This document shows positions 13,401 to 26,481 of a DNA stretch of 64,000 nt, one piece after another. The notes beneath the pieces were generated by a model, which had not been told where the DNA came from, ran no database searches, and was given only the letters and a program-made list of their open reading frames with translations. A program made the position numbers and the translations under genes. The stretch's first letter is position 1. Each line of letters begins with the position of its first letter. The DNA is from Raillietiella orientalis (taxonomy: Eukaryota): positions 310,001-374,000 of the forward strand of contig JAYWIR010000068.1 in NCBI GenBank assembly GCA_036172245.1. Direction: 5' to 3'.

Positions 13401-16400
13401 CCGAACATTCAGGAAAATTTCGAACCGCCTTTGCATCCCGATGGAAAGTAAACCTGCCAAGCCTGCGTGCCGGACTCTCCGCCATCTTACCCTTCGGTCG
13501 CCTGCGGGCGCCCACGGTTGAGCCTTCCGCGTGCGCAAAGTCGTGGAAGCGCCGTCCTCGCGGCGGTGTCCCTCGGTCATCTGCGGGAGAAGAACAAGGG
13601 GCTGCCGTTCCGTGCGAGAAACGGGCCCGGAGCGCGAAGATGGAACGTCCGGGGAGCCCTCACGACCGGCCTTCGACCAGCCGCGCAGTGTTGGGGCCTC
13701 CCTGGTACGGAACATCCGGATCCCACGGCACGGGTTCTGCTGCCCCGCGGGAAAGCAGGGAACATCCGCGTCTGCGCGGCTGTCCGCCACGGCTCTGTGT
13801 GGAAACGCGCATGCAACTGGACTGGATCGGGAAGTAAGTGCTCAGGTGTGCCGCCTTCGGAAGAGAGCGCCATGCCTCCCATCGGAAGGAGAGGCTGCTC
13901 AGTTTTCGCTCATCAAAGGATCGAGGACCGTGATTATCCGACCATCTTGAACTGAGGAAATCGGCGTTCGGCTCCAAGAAACCCGCGGGCGGGCGACCCG
14001 TCCTTCCTGGCGGGGATTTACCAGGGGAAAGGTGAGACGGTCGCTTCGAAAAGGACCCATTCCCTCGTCTCTTTTGCACCTCGCGGCTCCTCGTCCCCAA
14101 TGATTCTTCAGCCCGAGCCCCGAAGGGGAAGTGGCTAGGACCATCTCGAGGTTGGGAAGTTTTCCCCTCCGGGCACGGAAGAGCTTGGATCGAAAACCAG
14201 GAGGCTCGGGGGCGGGAAAGGGGAGGAAGGGAGGAGGTTCGCACTGGGACTGCGCGTGTTTTCCTGTGTCCAGGAGGTCGCAGGATCGTGCAGCTGGGTG
14301 GCTTCTGGAGCTCGTCCGGGACCGAAGTTCCTCCGCTCGGAGATGCCATGCCGGCGAGGGAACGCACGCGGGGACAGAAGCAGCGGATCGCGGCAACCGC
14401 ACGAGCCCTGGAGGCGAGCACGGAGGGAAACCTTGAAGTCACGGTTGGCTTCGAGTGGAAACTCGGGTCCCGGAGAGCAAATCGATTACAGATAAAACGC
14501 ATTTGCATCCGATGGGGAACTTCTCTCATCAGCGACGAGCGTTATCAGCCGCTCTAATTGGGTACGGCGATAAAAACCCTCGACGCGTCCTCCCGAAGAT
14601 GCAAAACACTTCGGGCCAACACGTCCCAGCTGGCTGGGCACCCCGTCTCTCGTCCCACCTGCATCGATCGCCGCCGCCACCCAACCTCTCCGGGACCTCC
14701 TTTCCGGACGGACCTCCGCCGCCGTTTTCCCACCCGCGGCGAGTGGCGATCCCCCCCCCCCTTACTTCCCAGGGAGCGGAGTGGGATCTCCCCCACGCCG
14801 CCGGGAACTCCAGGCAAGATCGAGAAGAGTGCGGGCCCGAGAGAGTCTGCTGCTTCCCCCTCCGCTCACCGAGCTACCTGCTCCGAGGAAGCGCTGCGCC
14901 GCTCCTCGAGGCCCGCCGCAGGTACGAGGTGAGGGCGCCGGTCCTCGGGGAGACGCGGCGGAAGTGCAGGGCGCGCTCCCTGCAAAGCTCTCTCTTTCTG
15001 CCCTCTCGGGTCCTCCACAGGAGGGAAGCGAGCCGGAAGGAGAAGAATCCATCGGCGACCGCTTGCCGCCACCCGCTCCGCCTTCCCTCGGGCGGGACCT
15101 CCTTCTTCCTCTTCCTCGCTTCCCATCTTCTCTTTCCTCCACCTCCTCACCCGCTTCAGGATGGGAAGTCACGTAGCGTTTCGGAATCTCTGACGTCAGC
15201 GCGTGCCTATCTGCGCGCTACGAGTGCAAGCAGAGAATCGATGAACCAGAGGTGCCTGCGGCAGCCAGCTGCCCCCCCCCCTCCCGATCAAAACAAAACA
15301 AAAAATAGCCACCAGCATACCCTCCAGCCTTCCCGGTTTTCTAGCGGTGGGAAGGGGCTGGGAACGCAGCAGCCTGTGGGCGCAAAGCCGGTGACGGGCA
15401 CTGGAGGGAGACGAAGAACTGGCGAAGAGGGACCAGAGAAGTTCCAAGAGGAAGAAGGCAATGGTCAGAGTGACCACTTGCGACCTCTTCACCCTATCAG
15501 CAGCGGCACTCGTCCTAGGAGAGCGCCGCCTCCCGGAGGAGCTGATTTCCGCTGCGAGAGCAGGACCAGTCTTCCCTTCGAGCACATGGATGGCACACCT
15601 ATGTGACCCGGCCAGCGGCTGCCCACGAGAGAGACCCGTGGACTGCGCTCGAGGCTGCTCTGACGGGCACTGAGAGCGGGCAATCGGGAGTAGGAACCGG
15701 AAACTGCCCACGGAGACGCCAGCCCCCACCACGGGGGTGGATCCTCCACGACACACTGCGCAGGGAGTCACCGTCGCGCTCCCTTCTTGCGCCGGGAGGG
15801 AGCCGCGCGCACGGCCCCCTGCCGTCCCTCCCCCTCTGCAGTCTCGTCCCTTCCGCCGGGGACGACCCGGAGGAACGCTGCAGGCCGGTCAGCCCCTGCG
15901 GAAGATCCACCTCCGCGCCAATACTGCTCGCTCGGACGGGGGAGGGTGGAACGCGGCACCGGGCTCGAGGGCCCTCTGGAGGTCGCCTTCCTCCCGTGTT
16001 TCCTGACACCCCTTCCGAGGCAGGGCCCCCTCGAAGACCCTGCCTCGGAAGACCCCCGCTGGGGACTCTTTTCGAGGAGCCCCCGCTGCTTTGGTCGGCG
16101 ACTGCACGAGACCTTCCCCCGGGAGGGACCTCGAAACAGCCGTCCTCTACTGGCAGCTCTCCGGGCAGAGTGGAGGCGGCGGGGAGAGCCCTGCCTGCCA
16201 GGGACGGCTGGACCACTCAGGAGACCCCGCCCACACCCCTGGGACCTTCCCGACCAGGGGAAGGCGAAGGCCTCGCCGTCGCATCCTCGGGCGATCCTGG
16301 ATTTCCAGCCTCGGGAGAACCCACCCTCGTTCCACGCTGTGCCGCGACTTCCCTTCCGGCGCTTCCCCACAAGGAGGACCCGCCCGCCTCCCCCTGCGCG

Positions 16401-18832
16401 CCGTCCCCCACCTACCGTCGCTCTCCTTGACGTTTTTGTGGCGGAGCCACTTGACGAGGGACATCCTGGGGGACGAGGGACAGCGGGAGGGCGGGCGGGC
16501 GCCGCCGCCGCCTGTCGGAGTGGGGGGCGTCGCGTCCCCGCTGCTCCTGTCTGGCCTCCCGGGCGCGGAGGGAGGAAGGGGGTGGGGTGGGAGGCCGGTC
16601 GCCGCCGCCTCCTCACGCGCACCGACGTCGTCGGCGCGCGGAGAAGCCGCTCGCCGCCGCCATCGCACGAGGAGATCTGCTGCCGCCGCTGCCTCCGCGC
16701 GCGCGCGCGCCCGCTGCGTGAGGCAGTCCCGGGACACCACCCGCAGGAGAGGAGCGGGGAAAGACGGAGGGGGGGAGGAGGAGGAGCGGAGGGAGGGAAG
16801 GAAGGAAGGAAGGAAGGGGGGGGGAGGAAGGGAATACGCGCGGTAGCAGCGGCCGCCGCGGACAATCTCCCGCACGCCAGTGGCGTCCGTCCCCGTGGAG
16901 GCCGCCCAATCAGCGGACGCGCTCTCCTACCGCTGCCGTTCCTTCACTCCTCCTCCTCTCCCACCCTCTCCCGTTCTTTTCCTTCCTCTCCTGCGCCTCC
17001 GCTTGCACGCGAGACTTGCCTGCGCGCGCGGGAGCACGTGCCATCCCGCTTCGCTCACTGTACCCGCGCGTGCATGCGTGCGGCGCTGCCGTCCCGCCGT
17101 TGCCAAGGCGATCGGGGACCAGAGCGCGCGCATCCGGCAACCTTTTATCTTATCTCGCGAACGTCATCTGGCAGCTGCGGTCGCGCCGCCGGAGGAGGGG
17201 AGGAGGGAGGGCTGCGTGGCTCCTGGAAGCCTCCACGACCACTGCCGCCGTTGCCACCTTCCCCTGGCCGCTGGCGCCAGACCTCCCTTCCTACTCCTCG
17301 TTTCTGCTTTCCCAAAGGTGACCGCCGGCAGCCACCCTTGAGTCTCATGCAATGCTTGCGGAGGGCGCGGAAGCGGGAAGCTGTCGAAGGCGCCACGCCA
17401 TTCATCGGAAAGAGGGAGAAAGAGGTAATCAGAAGACGAGAGCACGTTCCCAGAGGACGGAGCTCGGCCCTCGCCGCCTTCCCCTGGGCGCGAAGGGCTC
17501 CCGTCGTGATCCCGGGCAGCCGAGGAGCAGTGTCGGCGTGCCCGGGAGCTTGCGCTGGCGGTGCCGCGGCGGCAGCAATGCCCGCTCCCGCTTGCCCGAC
17601 TGCAGAGGAGCGAAAGCGACGCTGGCGCCCGGAACCGCGCTCCCAGAACTCCCGCTTGCCGACTCCGCTCCTTTCCCGGGCGTTCGTTTCCTGCGCCACC
17701 GTGTGTTTCCCTTTCTCTCTTCTTCGAGCGAAGAGGAAAGGGGGCGACGAGGCGCGGGATCCCTGCAAGAGGGCGTTTTGTAGAGGAATTGGAGTTTCGT
17801 CCGTGGGGCTGCCCCGCCGGTGCCTGTCGGTGGAGCAGCGCCGCGGACTCGGCTCGCCTGCACGCCACTGTGTGCCCCTCCAAGTACTCTTGTGTGTGTC
17901 TTTTCTTCCTTCCTTCCCTTCCAAGCGTATGTTCCATCAAGGTCGCGTGTATGCCTAGAGGCTGCACGCGGTATCGCGTGCAGGAAAAGGTGCAGAGCGC
18001 TGGAAGAAATCACGATCGACGAATCGATCTCGCGGTGTCTCTGGATGCGCATCCCCCCGCCGCCGCCTCTCTGCCCCTGCCTGCTGAGCACCTGGTTCAC
18101 CCGGCGACCTTCTGAGAACGTCCACTTGCGTTCCAGAGCGGGAGGAGGGAGGCGCTGTCAGACACCTCCTCACCTCTTCATCGCTTCCTCCTCTTTCACT
18201 GCGCTCTCATCGCGACGGCGGGCGCGAGCTCGGGACGCGTAGCTGTGCGACCACGCACGATGTGCTCGCCGCGCCGCTGCCAGTGATGGTGATCCCGGAG
18301 CACTGGTTGCTGCCGATACCAACCGGTGCTTGGGCCCACTTTTTCCGAAGAAGAACGAAAATCCGCGTCGCTCCCTCAGTTTTCAGGGCGACCGGAGAGT
18401 CAGGAGCCGGGGTTGCCGAAGGAGCCCCATCCACTGCTGCTGACCCGGGCAACGAAGCAGCCGCAGACGCGCGCGACTCCTTGTGCGGCAGCTGGAAAGC
18501 TCCGCGCGCGGAATTTCGCCGGTCGCAACCCTCAAGCAGCGAAGGCAATCCGTACTTTTCCTTCTCCTCTTTGGCCAGCACGGATGCAGCCGAGGAAATC
18601 TTCAGCGAGCTCACTCTGCGGGAATTGCCCTGAAGGCGAAGCGTGGCGCGTCCGGGAACGAAGACCGACCGCAACTACCGGCGCGACAACCCCCTCCCTC
18701 CGGAGCAACGAAATGAACCTCTGCTGCAAGAAACGAAGGTCCCTGCCGTTTGCCTAGCGGCCCATTCTTAAGCGGCACGCAGCATCCGCGCCGCTTATCC
18801 GCGCTAAGCACCCAAGAACCATTCGCCTAGCT

Positions 18833-19440
18833 GCTCTTCAGCATTGTCCACGTTACCCGAGGGCTATGTTCTAACTCTTCAAGACGTAAGGGATACCCCG
18901 GAAGGGGGTCACCCTATCAATCCAGGAAGAGTTCCGGAGAAGAGAGTCCGTTCCTCCCATGCCTCAGAACCATCCACCCTGGTTGTCCCCGGAGGGACCT
19001 CCCGGAGGAAGGGGTCACTCCTCACTTCTTCTTCTTCGGAGGGACCCCCCCTTCCCCATCCCGGAAAGGATCAGCTCTTTCTTTGTTTCCTCCTCTGAAG
19101 AGAATCCCGAAGGGACGCTTTCCGATTTTCTCTGAGGGATCGCTCCCGAAGGAAGCAGCGCGCTTCTCGACCCTCTGGAGAGCTGTCGATCCGCCAGTCC
19201 CATGGTACGAGATGGAGGCGTTCCATGGTAACGGTTCCGTGTTGACACCCGGAGGGAAACCCCGAAGGGTTCCTTGATGTCCAAGAAAGACCCCGGAGGG
19301 TCGACTTCCAGCCCCGGCCACTCATCGGGGATATGTGGGGGTTTCCAACTTCTCGCCAGAGCCGCAGCACCCGAATGGACCAACCAGCGTCATCCTGAAA
19401 GGGGGACGCGAGACCCACGGCGCACCCCCTGTTCCCGACC
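18833..19440 (-). repeat. Dispersed repeat copy A (LTR-like; homology to copy C extends roughly 18800-19560)
   Basis: Direct repeat of 26482-27086 and inverted homologue of ~38900-39555. Strand assigned relative to the gag-pol relic downstream of copy C. Confidence 0.85.
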
Positions 19441-22400
19441 TGGCCTCTTTCTCGGGAGGAATTCGAACCCGTGGCGCTGGGTGCCACGTGCGGAGACCGA
19501 ATCCAGATGGCCTCGGCCCCTTTTCGTCAGGAAACGGGAAATGAACGCGTTCCTTGGACGGGAGCTCATCCTCGCGGGAAGAGGAAGAAGCCCTGCCCCT
19601 CGCGACGAAAGTCGCGCCGGTGGCCTCTGGACCCGGAAAATGGGGGGAAGAAGGTGAGGGGTCGATTGCTCCCCGTCGTCTTTTCTCGCCACCAGAGGTC
19701 GGATCGTCCCAAAGTGAAGATCGCGTGGGCTGCCTACTTTCGACGACCGGCGTCCAAGCGCACACGCGCGCGCGCCGGACGAAGAGAGTCCCGGCATCGC
19801 CGGATGGCCAAGCAGAGAACCGGTGGAGATCCGGAGGGCGAGGTGCAAGGGATGATCTCTCTCGAGGCCAGGTAGGATGAAAACAAACAAACAAACCAAA
19901 AAAGAAAAAAAAGAAGAAAAAAAAAAAGAAGACTTAGTGCCTGCAGATGCAGCCACAGGTCACCCAGACCTGAAAATCAGCAGTTTCACGCGGACGCGCG
20001 ACCATCCGGACTTTCCAGTTTGCTGGTGTCGGGTGCATGCGATCTCCAACGTGTACCCACCCTCACGGCCGACAGAGGCGTGCAGCCAGCTCGAACCCGC
20101 GAGATGGCCGGCGCCTGCATCCGCTCCTCAGCGATCGCTCCCCAACTTTTTCACCTTCCTGGAGAGCGACGCATCGCTTGCCACTCCTTCCGATTCCTTC
20201 TGCGAATCCACACAGCTCGTACTCGAATTTTCCAGAACGCAGCGTCAACGTGGTTCTTCTTTTTCCTTTTTCTTACGAATTGGAAAACGCAAAAGAGAGT
20301 GCAGAAAACAAAAGGGGAGGAAGGAATGGGACAACCGAAGAAAGGAACAGCTGTTGGTAAAAAGCGTGCGCAGTCGCAGCGCCGCTTGGTCGCCTCTTCT
20401 GCCTCTCCGACCGATGAATCCATCGAGCTCCTTTCGCATTATCTGATCTCGGGTTGTCCTGGCTGCTCCCCATACTATCGGCGAATTTCATCCGTGCTCT
20501 TCGGCCTCATGTCTTGCTCCGTGGACCTTATTTGTATTCCTCCAGCTCGCTGCTGCTTGCTGTTTCCTTTACCCTTTCTTATCAGGGAGCACTTAAAAAA
20601 CCCTTAACTCCCCGAGGGCACCGTCATCGCAACTGCGGTGCAATTTACGATTTTTCCTTCGCTTGTACAGTCATCGCATTCACGAGGGTAATGTATGCAA
20701 ATGTTGCCCTTCCCTGCTGAGATATGCTCTTGATATGCCTTGCCCTTTATCGTGATTCGCATTCTCTCATCGAACCTTTCCAGCGGCTCGTCATTAACGT
20801 GCATCGGGCAACAGCTGGCCTTTTCGCATCGTTGGGGATGACAGCTTTTTGTCCCGTGAGCTATTTACACAGCCCTGCCTGACTTTTCAACACCTGATTC
20901 CTGGGTGCGTGCTGACACCTTTGACCGGGGCGAATTACTGGTGAGCATCGCCTGGAGAACAGGACTTCTGGCGTGACGACCCCCGCTGTCATCACATTCT
21001 CTGGTGTCTTTCCTCCGGCAGAAGTCGATAAATCAGCCAGTCTGTAGAGAGAGCATGCTGGTGGTTCCTGAGACCCATGCCAAATGAACCTCTCCATCCG
21101 CTTCTATAAACTAGGCTTACTCTCCCGTAACGGGTTGCCGGCAGGCAGTGAGCAGCAGACAAGACGGCTCCGACGTCCACTCCTTCCCTGCCACTTGTAC
21201 GACTGCATATCAGCCGCCTCCGTTCCGTCCAGGTACCATGCCTTTGGTTCGGCATCTTCACAGGGCAATGAATTTCGAAGAGTCTGGCAGCAGCAACCAC
21301 AACCAAGTCGCCTTCAAGGACCTCAGAACATGGTGCTGCGGTATTTTTAGCCCTTGCTTAACGGTCCATAACATCAGAAGACAAACGGAGACAGAAAAGA
21401 AGAAAAAAAAGGGTGGGAAGGAGGTCAATCTTGCCGAGTTTTACGTTTACGACCACGCTATGAACTGTTCAGCTGCGCCATTCCTGAACACAACATCCCT
21501 ACGTCATACTTGGGAATGGCCTGTTGTTTAACTCGTTCCGGCCTCAGGCACTTTGCTTGCGGTATACCACGGGTCCTCATGAATGTCGTTGGCGGCAGCA
21601 CTGTTGTGGTTCTGAACGTTCCAAAACTGCTACCTTGAAGCATGGATCCCGAGATGCGGTGCCCTGCACACAGTGGGCACCCACCCAAACTGAAGCCCCA
21701 TGCTCTATCCCTTTAAATTCCAAAGCAATTCCGTGTTTCGTGTCTGTTGTGCCGCAACCAGTAGGGAGGGCAATTACAGTGGTTCGTGCTCTCAAGCTAC
21801 CTTTTGGGAAGCATTCAACGGACTTTGGCACTTAAAAGCGATCACAGCCGACGTCTCGTTCGAAGCAAAACCCTCTTAATGTCGAAGTTGCTAATTTGAA
21901 AAGCAAAGTTTGAACGAAAGTCCCGAACAGGGTACGGATGACGACATCCGCCCGGGTGAAAAACAGGCCGCTGTGCACGAGCATTCAGATTCCTGGAGGA
22001 CTGCACGAGAAACAAAGATTCTTGCACACCAAGGGAATATGCCAGCTTGCACTCCTTCCTGGGAAACACGCCATCCAACCAGCAAAAACAGCGACACGTT
22101 CGTTACACCATAAAGGCTCGAGATTTGATTAGAGCTCATTCTTTTTGGTCACTACCTGTTGGTCTCTCCACAAGGGGCTGCTCCAACTGCACTCGAACTT
22201 TTAGCTATACGATAAGCACAGGGGAACGTTCTCTTCCTTTAAAAGATACTGCGCTGCATCAGTATGAAAAACGTTTGGGTTTCTTGACAGGCCAACCAAT
22301 CTGGCTTTCTGGTCTTTGAACTTTTTGCAAAGCTAATGTGAATTCAGAACAAAACTTTCATGATTGAAGGAAAACAACACCCTGCTTTTACACATTTCTT

Positions 22401-22689
22401 TAATACAATCCGATTAAAAAAATAGTACATTTTAATCAATTCTTATCAATTATAAAGTGAAGACGACCAGATATTGTACAATAAGTTACCACACACCATA
22501 GAAAATTTACATGAAATCTCAAAATTCAATCTTCCTCAGGGAAATGATGAATCAGATATGGAAACCATTCATCAACCACTCATCATGCATCTCAACTATT
22601 GTGGCTTAAGCTCAATCATGAGACTTCAATTATTTATAACAGATGTAAGCACAATTTTACGAGAAACTTTATACACTCTAAAATAAACC

Positions 22690-23120
22690 TTAGAGCACAT
22701 TGAATTCTGATGGAAGCATAAGTTTCTCCAATTTGGCAAACTTTTTCAAATCTTCGAACTGGGTCATAATCTCAAAAAGCTGTTCGTTGATCTTTCGATT
22801 TTCAGTATGCATAACCTGAATTTCATATTCCGTTTGACATTTCACTTTGTCTAAGCCACTTTTCTGTTCCATTCTTTTAACCCGGCAGCTAGAAATAACA
22901 AGTTCTTGCTTGAGGACCAAGTTTCATTAAAACATATATATATGGCTAACCTGGCAGCATATCCTCTATTCTTGAGAGTTCTTCTTCTCTGCTTCATTTG
23001 TGTGATATCTTCCTTCCCTAGACCTTTCAGTTTTAGATGACGGTTTAATTCTCTTACTGAGATTGTTACCAAATTTCGATCGGACAAGTTCAAGCCGACA
23101 CACTGCTGTAGTTTAGAATC
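22690..23120 (-). CDS. maf-S: Small Maf bZIP transcription factor (MafF/G/K, Drosophila Maf-S type); last two coding exons 23120-22951 and 22888-22690, N-terminal exon not assigned
   Basis: Spliced across a 62-nt GT-AG intron: [55 protein letters not shown]...MHTEN...[24 protein letters not shown] is the small-Maf basic region (large Mafs have RGYAQSCR). Confidence 0.92.
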
Positions 23121-24479
23121 CTAGCAAAGAAATTCAAAGTACACATATATTTTGTTAATGCAAAGAATTTAAAAGCAATTCGTACAAGGCAAACCCCATC
23201 ATATGCACATGCACATCAATTAGTAGACAGATAACATAAGGAAACCACACACTATCTGATGACACTGCCAATGCAACATTGGAATGTGTACAATCTCAAC
23301 CAGATGGAAATCGTACAAGTTGACATTGTGCAGTTTCTACATTTCCTAGAAATGAGCCAAGCCTCCAGAAATGCCAGTTTTTTAAAGACTTCTGACTTTT
23401 TTCTTTGGAGACTTCAGAAATAGTTTTTACAATTTGCTTGCATATGTGATCTCAAATTATATACATATATGTAGCAATAATTTGTAAACAAGGGAATACA
23501 TGTGGGATAGACCCATTCCCATCACATACAATTCATAAAGGCAAAAACTCGTTTGCTCATGCTCAGATAGAAAATGTGGGAAAATCAAAACTTGAATGCA
23601 AAAATACATTTTTTTTTTCTTAAACAAACAAACAAACACCTAATGAAAACAGTGATTATATTGTTCATGCAATTACAAACTAATATACATAAGTTTCTCA
23701 TAAGATTTCTTGCACAACTGTTACAGCAAACAACTTGCATCATTACCTCTAGAGACACACCACTGGTTGGCATAACTATAGCTTACACAAAAGTAGTTTG
23801 TGAGACTTTGGGAGTATGGTCAAAGTAAGTTATTCTTTGTAGAAGGTGATTTCTTCCAGAAAATAAGATATAAAACATAAATTACTTATAAATGGATGCA
23901 TACATTGAATAAAATTTTTGTGCACAAATTTATTAGATTCATTAAGCACTACCAAACTAAAAGGATAGGTGATATTGTATTTTGCAAGATTTCCGTCATG
24001 AAATCTGGAAATTGAAAATGGTAGTTTGGTTTGTGTTTAGCTCCCTCTCTCAGATTCTGAAGGAGATCGAAACCATTACTTTTCATCCTGAAAACTGGCA
24101 CCCTTACATCTTGATACACCGGTCACTTGTATTGAAAGGGCCAAATCTCACCTCTCCAGCGAAACCCTGATTGCTCTTCAGCAGGAAGAGCATTCACGCT
24201 TTCAAAGGAAAGGCAGAAACTCGTTACAAGCTCAACTGCTTTTGGTTTGGCATTTTTAATCTAACACTTTTTGTATCTGCTCAAGTATCCCTCAAACACC
24301 AGAAATGATTTCTGTACAATAAAGTAAACAAAGACTTTAATAAGCACACATTGTAAATTCTAAAGCACACACTATAAACTGAACAGGATCAGAGTAATCA
24401 GATTATAAGTTATCATTTACCATACAAAATTCACATGAAATCCTGAAATTTAATCCTCTTCTGAGAAATGATGAATTTG

Positions 24480-25330
24480 AAATCGGTCCAATCACTCGTG
24501 GGCTGACGTGGTCGGGCTTGTTCCGGCAGAGGAATTCAAACTTCAGGTCCGACCGTTTGTGTCGAACGACCCGGGGTGAGCTTTTTACCATGAAAAGAAT
24601 TCCACCGTTAGCCAAGCCTGACTATTCCCTCCTTCCCGGGAACCTCAACATCGCCATGTGGGTGGCAGCGCGGATGTCATTTCGCAAAAAAAAACTCTGG
24701 GCCACCACTGAAAAAGTAAGGTAAGTTCACCACGACCGCTTCGAGCTGACCACCAGCATCCTCACAACCACTCCACGCCTGCCCGTCCCGACTCGCCATT
24801 GCCCTCGGAGGCAGCGCACACAAAGGCGACCTCACGCGCTCGTCCTCCGCAGGGGCCGCAGGAGCCGAGGGGCATCATCACCTTCTCTGCACGCGGCAGC
24901 AACGGATCAAGGCCTGCTTGGATGCTTCCTGGGCCAGTGGTCACGCCAACGGGCCGGAGACGCAAGGGTGCCTTTTAGGTCGGAGGGCACCCTCCTTCCC
25001 CTGCGCCGGCGTTGTCGTAGCCCTCGGGTGCTACGACGTCACTCTGGAAACGATGGACGAGTGGAGCTCAGCTGAAATCAGTTGTGTGGTGCTCATGTCC
25101 TCCGGCTGCCAAGGAGGCGGATTCGGTGCACCGGAACACCTTATCATCATGTAGGGGGCTGGAAACAGAATCATCAGCCTTTCTCATTTTGCATCACTTC
25201 GATGCGAAGATGACTTCATTGGAAACACGAATTCACACGTGGACTGGAGTGCAGAGGAATGCACGGCTGATTCCCATTAAAACCCAAAGCAGGTGGGCTG
25301 CAAGTGCAAATTCTGCATGCTGGGTCCTAA
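24480..25330 (+). mobile_element. Possible highly decayed Ty3/Gypsy reverse-transcriptase relic
   Basis: GC-rich island in AT-rich DNA. Fragments in RT order across frames: PITRGLTWSG...RLCRTT, DYSLLP...FRKKKL, ELTTSILT, GIITFS, VVVALG. Each is weak on its own. Confidence 0.3.
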
Positions 25331-26481
25331 AACAGCAATAGGAACGAGTTAGAAGGGAACTGATGGATTGCTGAGACCAAAGGCTCAAACCAACAAACTA
25401 GAAACCTTTCCCACGCAAAGCATAGAATGATGTTTTTTGAAAATAAGCATCATGGAATAAAAATTACATAAAAAAAATTAAAGTTTGCTACAGGATCGAA
25501 AGCCACCAGTCTCGTTCTGCGTATCGAGATACATGCCTTGAGGGATATTTCCATGCTCGGAACATCCTACTGACGGAGTCCAAGAAATGCAAGTCTCTGG
25601 AAAAACGAAAGATCAGCTTTGGGGCTCCTTAGTGTTGCAGACTTGCTTTCTATTACATTCCTACAGTGAGCTTCCTTAAAGCTAATGTAGGCACTTTGAA
25701 ACTCAGATTTTTTTTTTTTTTTGGTAATAAGAGGATTTTACAATACGTTGCTTCGAATTATAGCACGCTTCACATCCTTCTAAGATCCAGATGTAATGAG
25801 AACTAGAAAAACGCAGGTTTTCCTTTTTTTTTAACCCAAAGTTATCATAAGTTCCTGTCGTTTTTGAGTGAGAATGATCTGAATTTCTGTGCCGGTTTCA
25901 AAAAATAATAATTTGAAGAGGGTGGCTCTTAAATTCTTCATGCGGAAGCATTTTACCATCTGCAATCTTTGGAGAAAAAAAACAAGAAATCGATGTTTAT
26001 TTTGGATTTCCATCAGTTGCATTCACGTCATTTAAACAGACTTGTTAAATTTTATGCTCACATGTGATGATCATAGCATAGACAGCCTTCATTATCTTAC
26101 TCACTGAGATGAGATATAAATATGAGTCTCTCTGAGTCTTTCAAACTTAATGCTGATTTAGCCTTCAGTGATTAAATTACATGAAATAGACCGAGAAGCT
26201 TCCAATGCAATCCTTCACTTGGACTACCTAGTCGGTTCCAAGTTGTGGAATTTCATGAAAAAATTTAAAAACAAAACGGGTCATCTATTCATTTAGAAGA
26301 GCGTTCAGTTTCTATAAACAAGATAATGTTGGTAGATAAGAAGCTTTTCCATAAGTATTCCAACTGTGCTTTTTCGTTAATAATTTTTTTTCTTAAAATC
26401 AAAAATAAAAAGTACATTTATACAATTTCTTTAACCAACTACTGTACTATTTTGAATAAATTCTCGATAGGGATCCACGAA

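Noticed and set aside
15787..17958. 723-aa ORF and other long overlapping ORFs in 1-20 kb
   Set aside because: Arg/Pro/Gly/Ala-rich, open in several frames on both strands and without domains; expected from stop-codon scarcity at high GC.
19950..22320. Integrase-like snippet (VPTLTADRGVQ) and exon-like segments (LPDFSTPDSWVRADTFDRGELL|gtgagc)
   Set aside because: Too weak to assign to either a gene or an element by eye.
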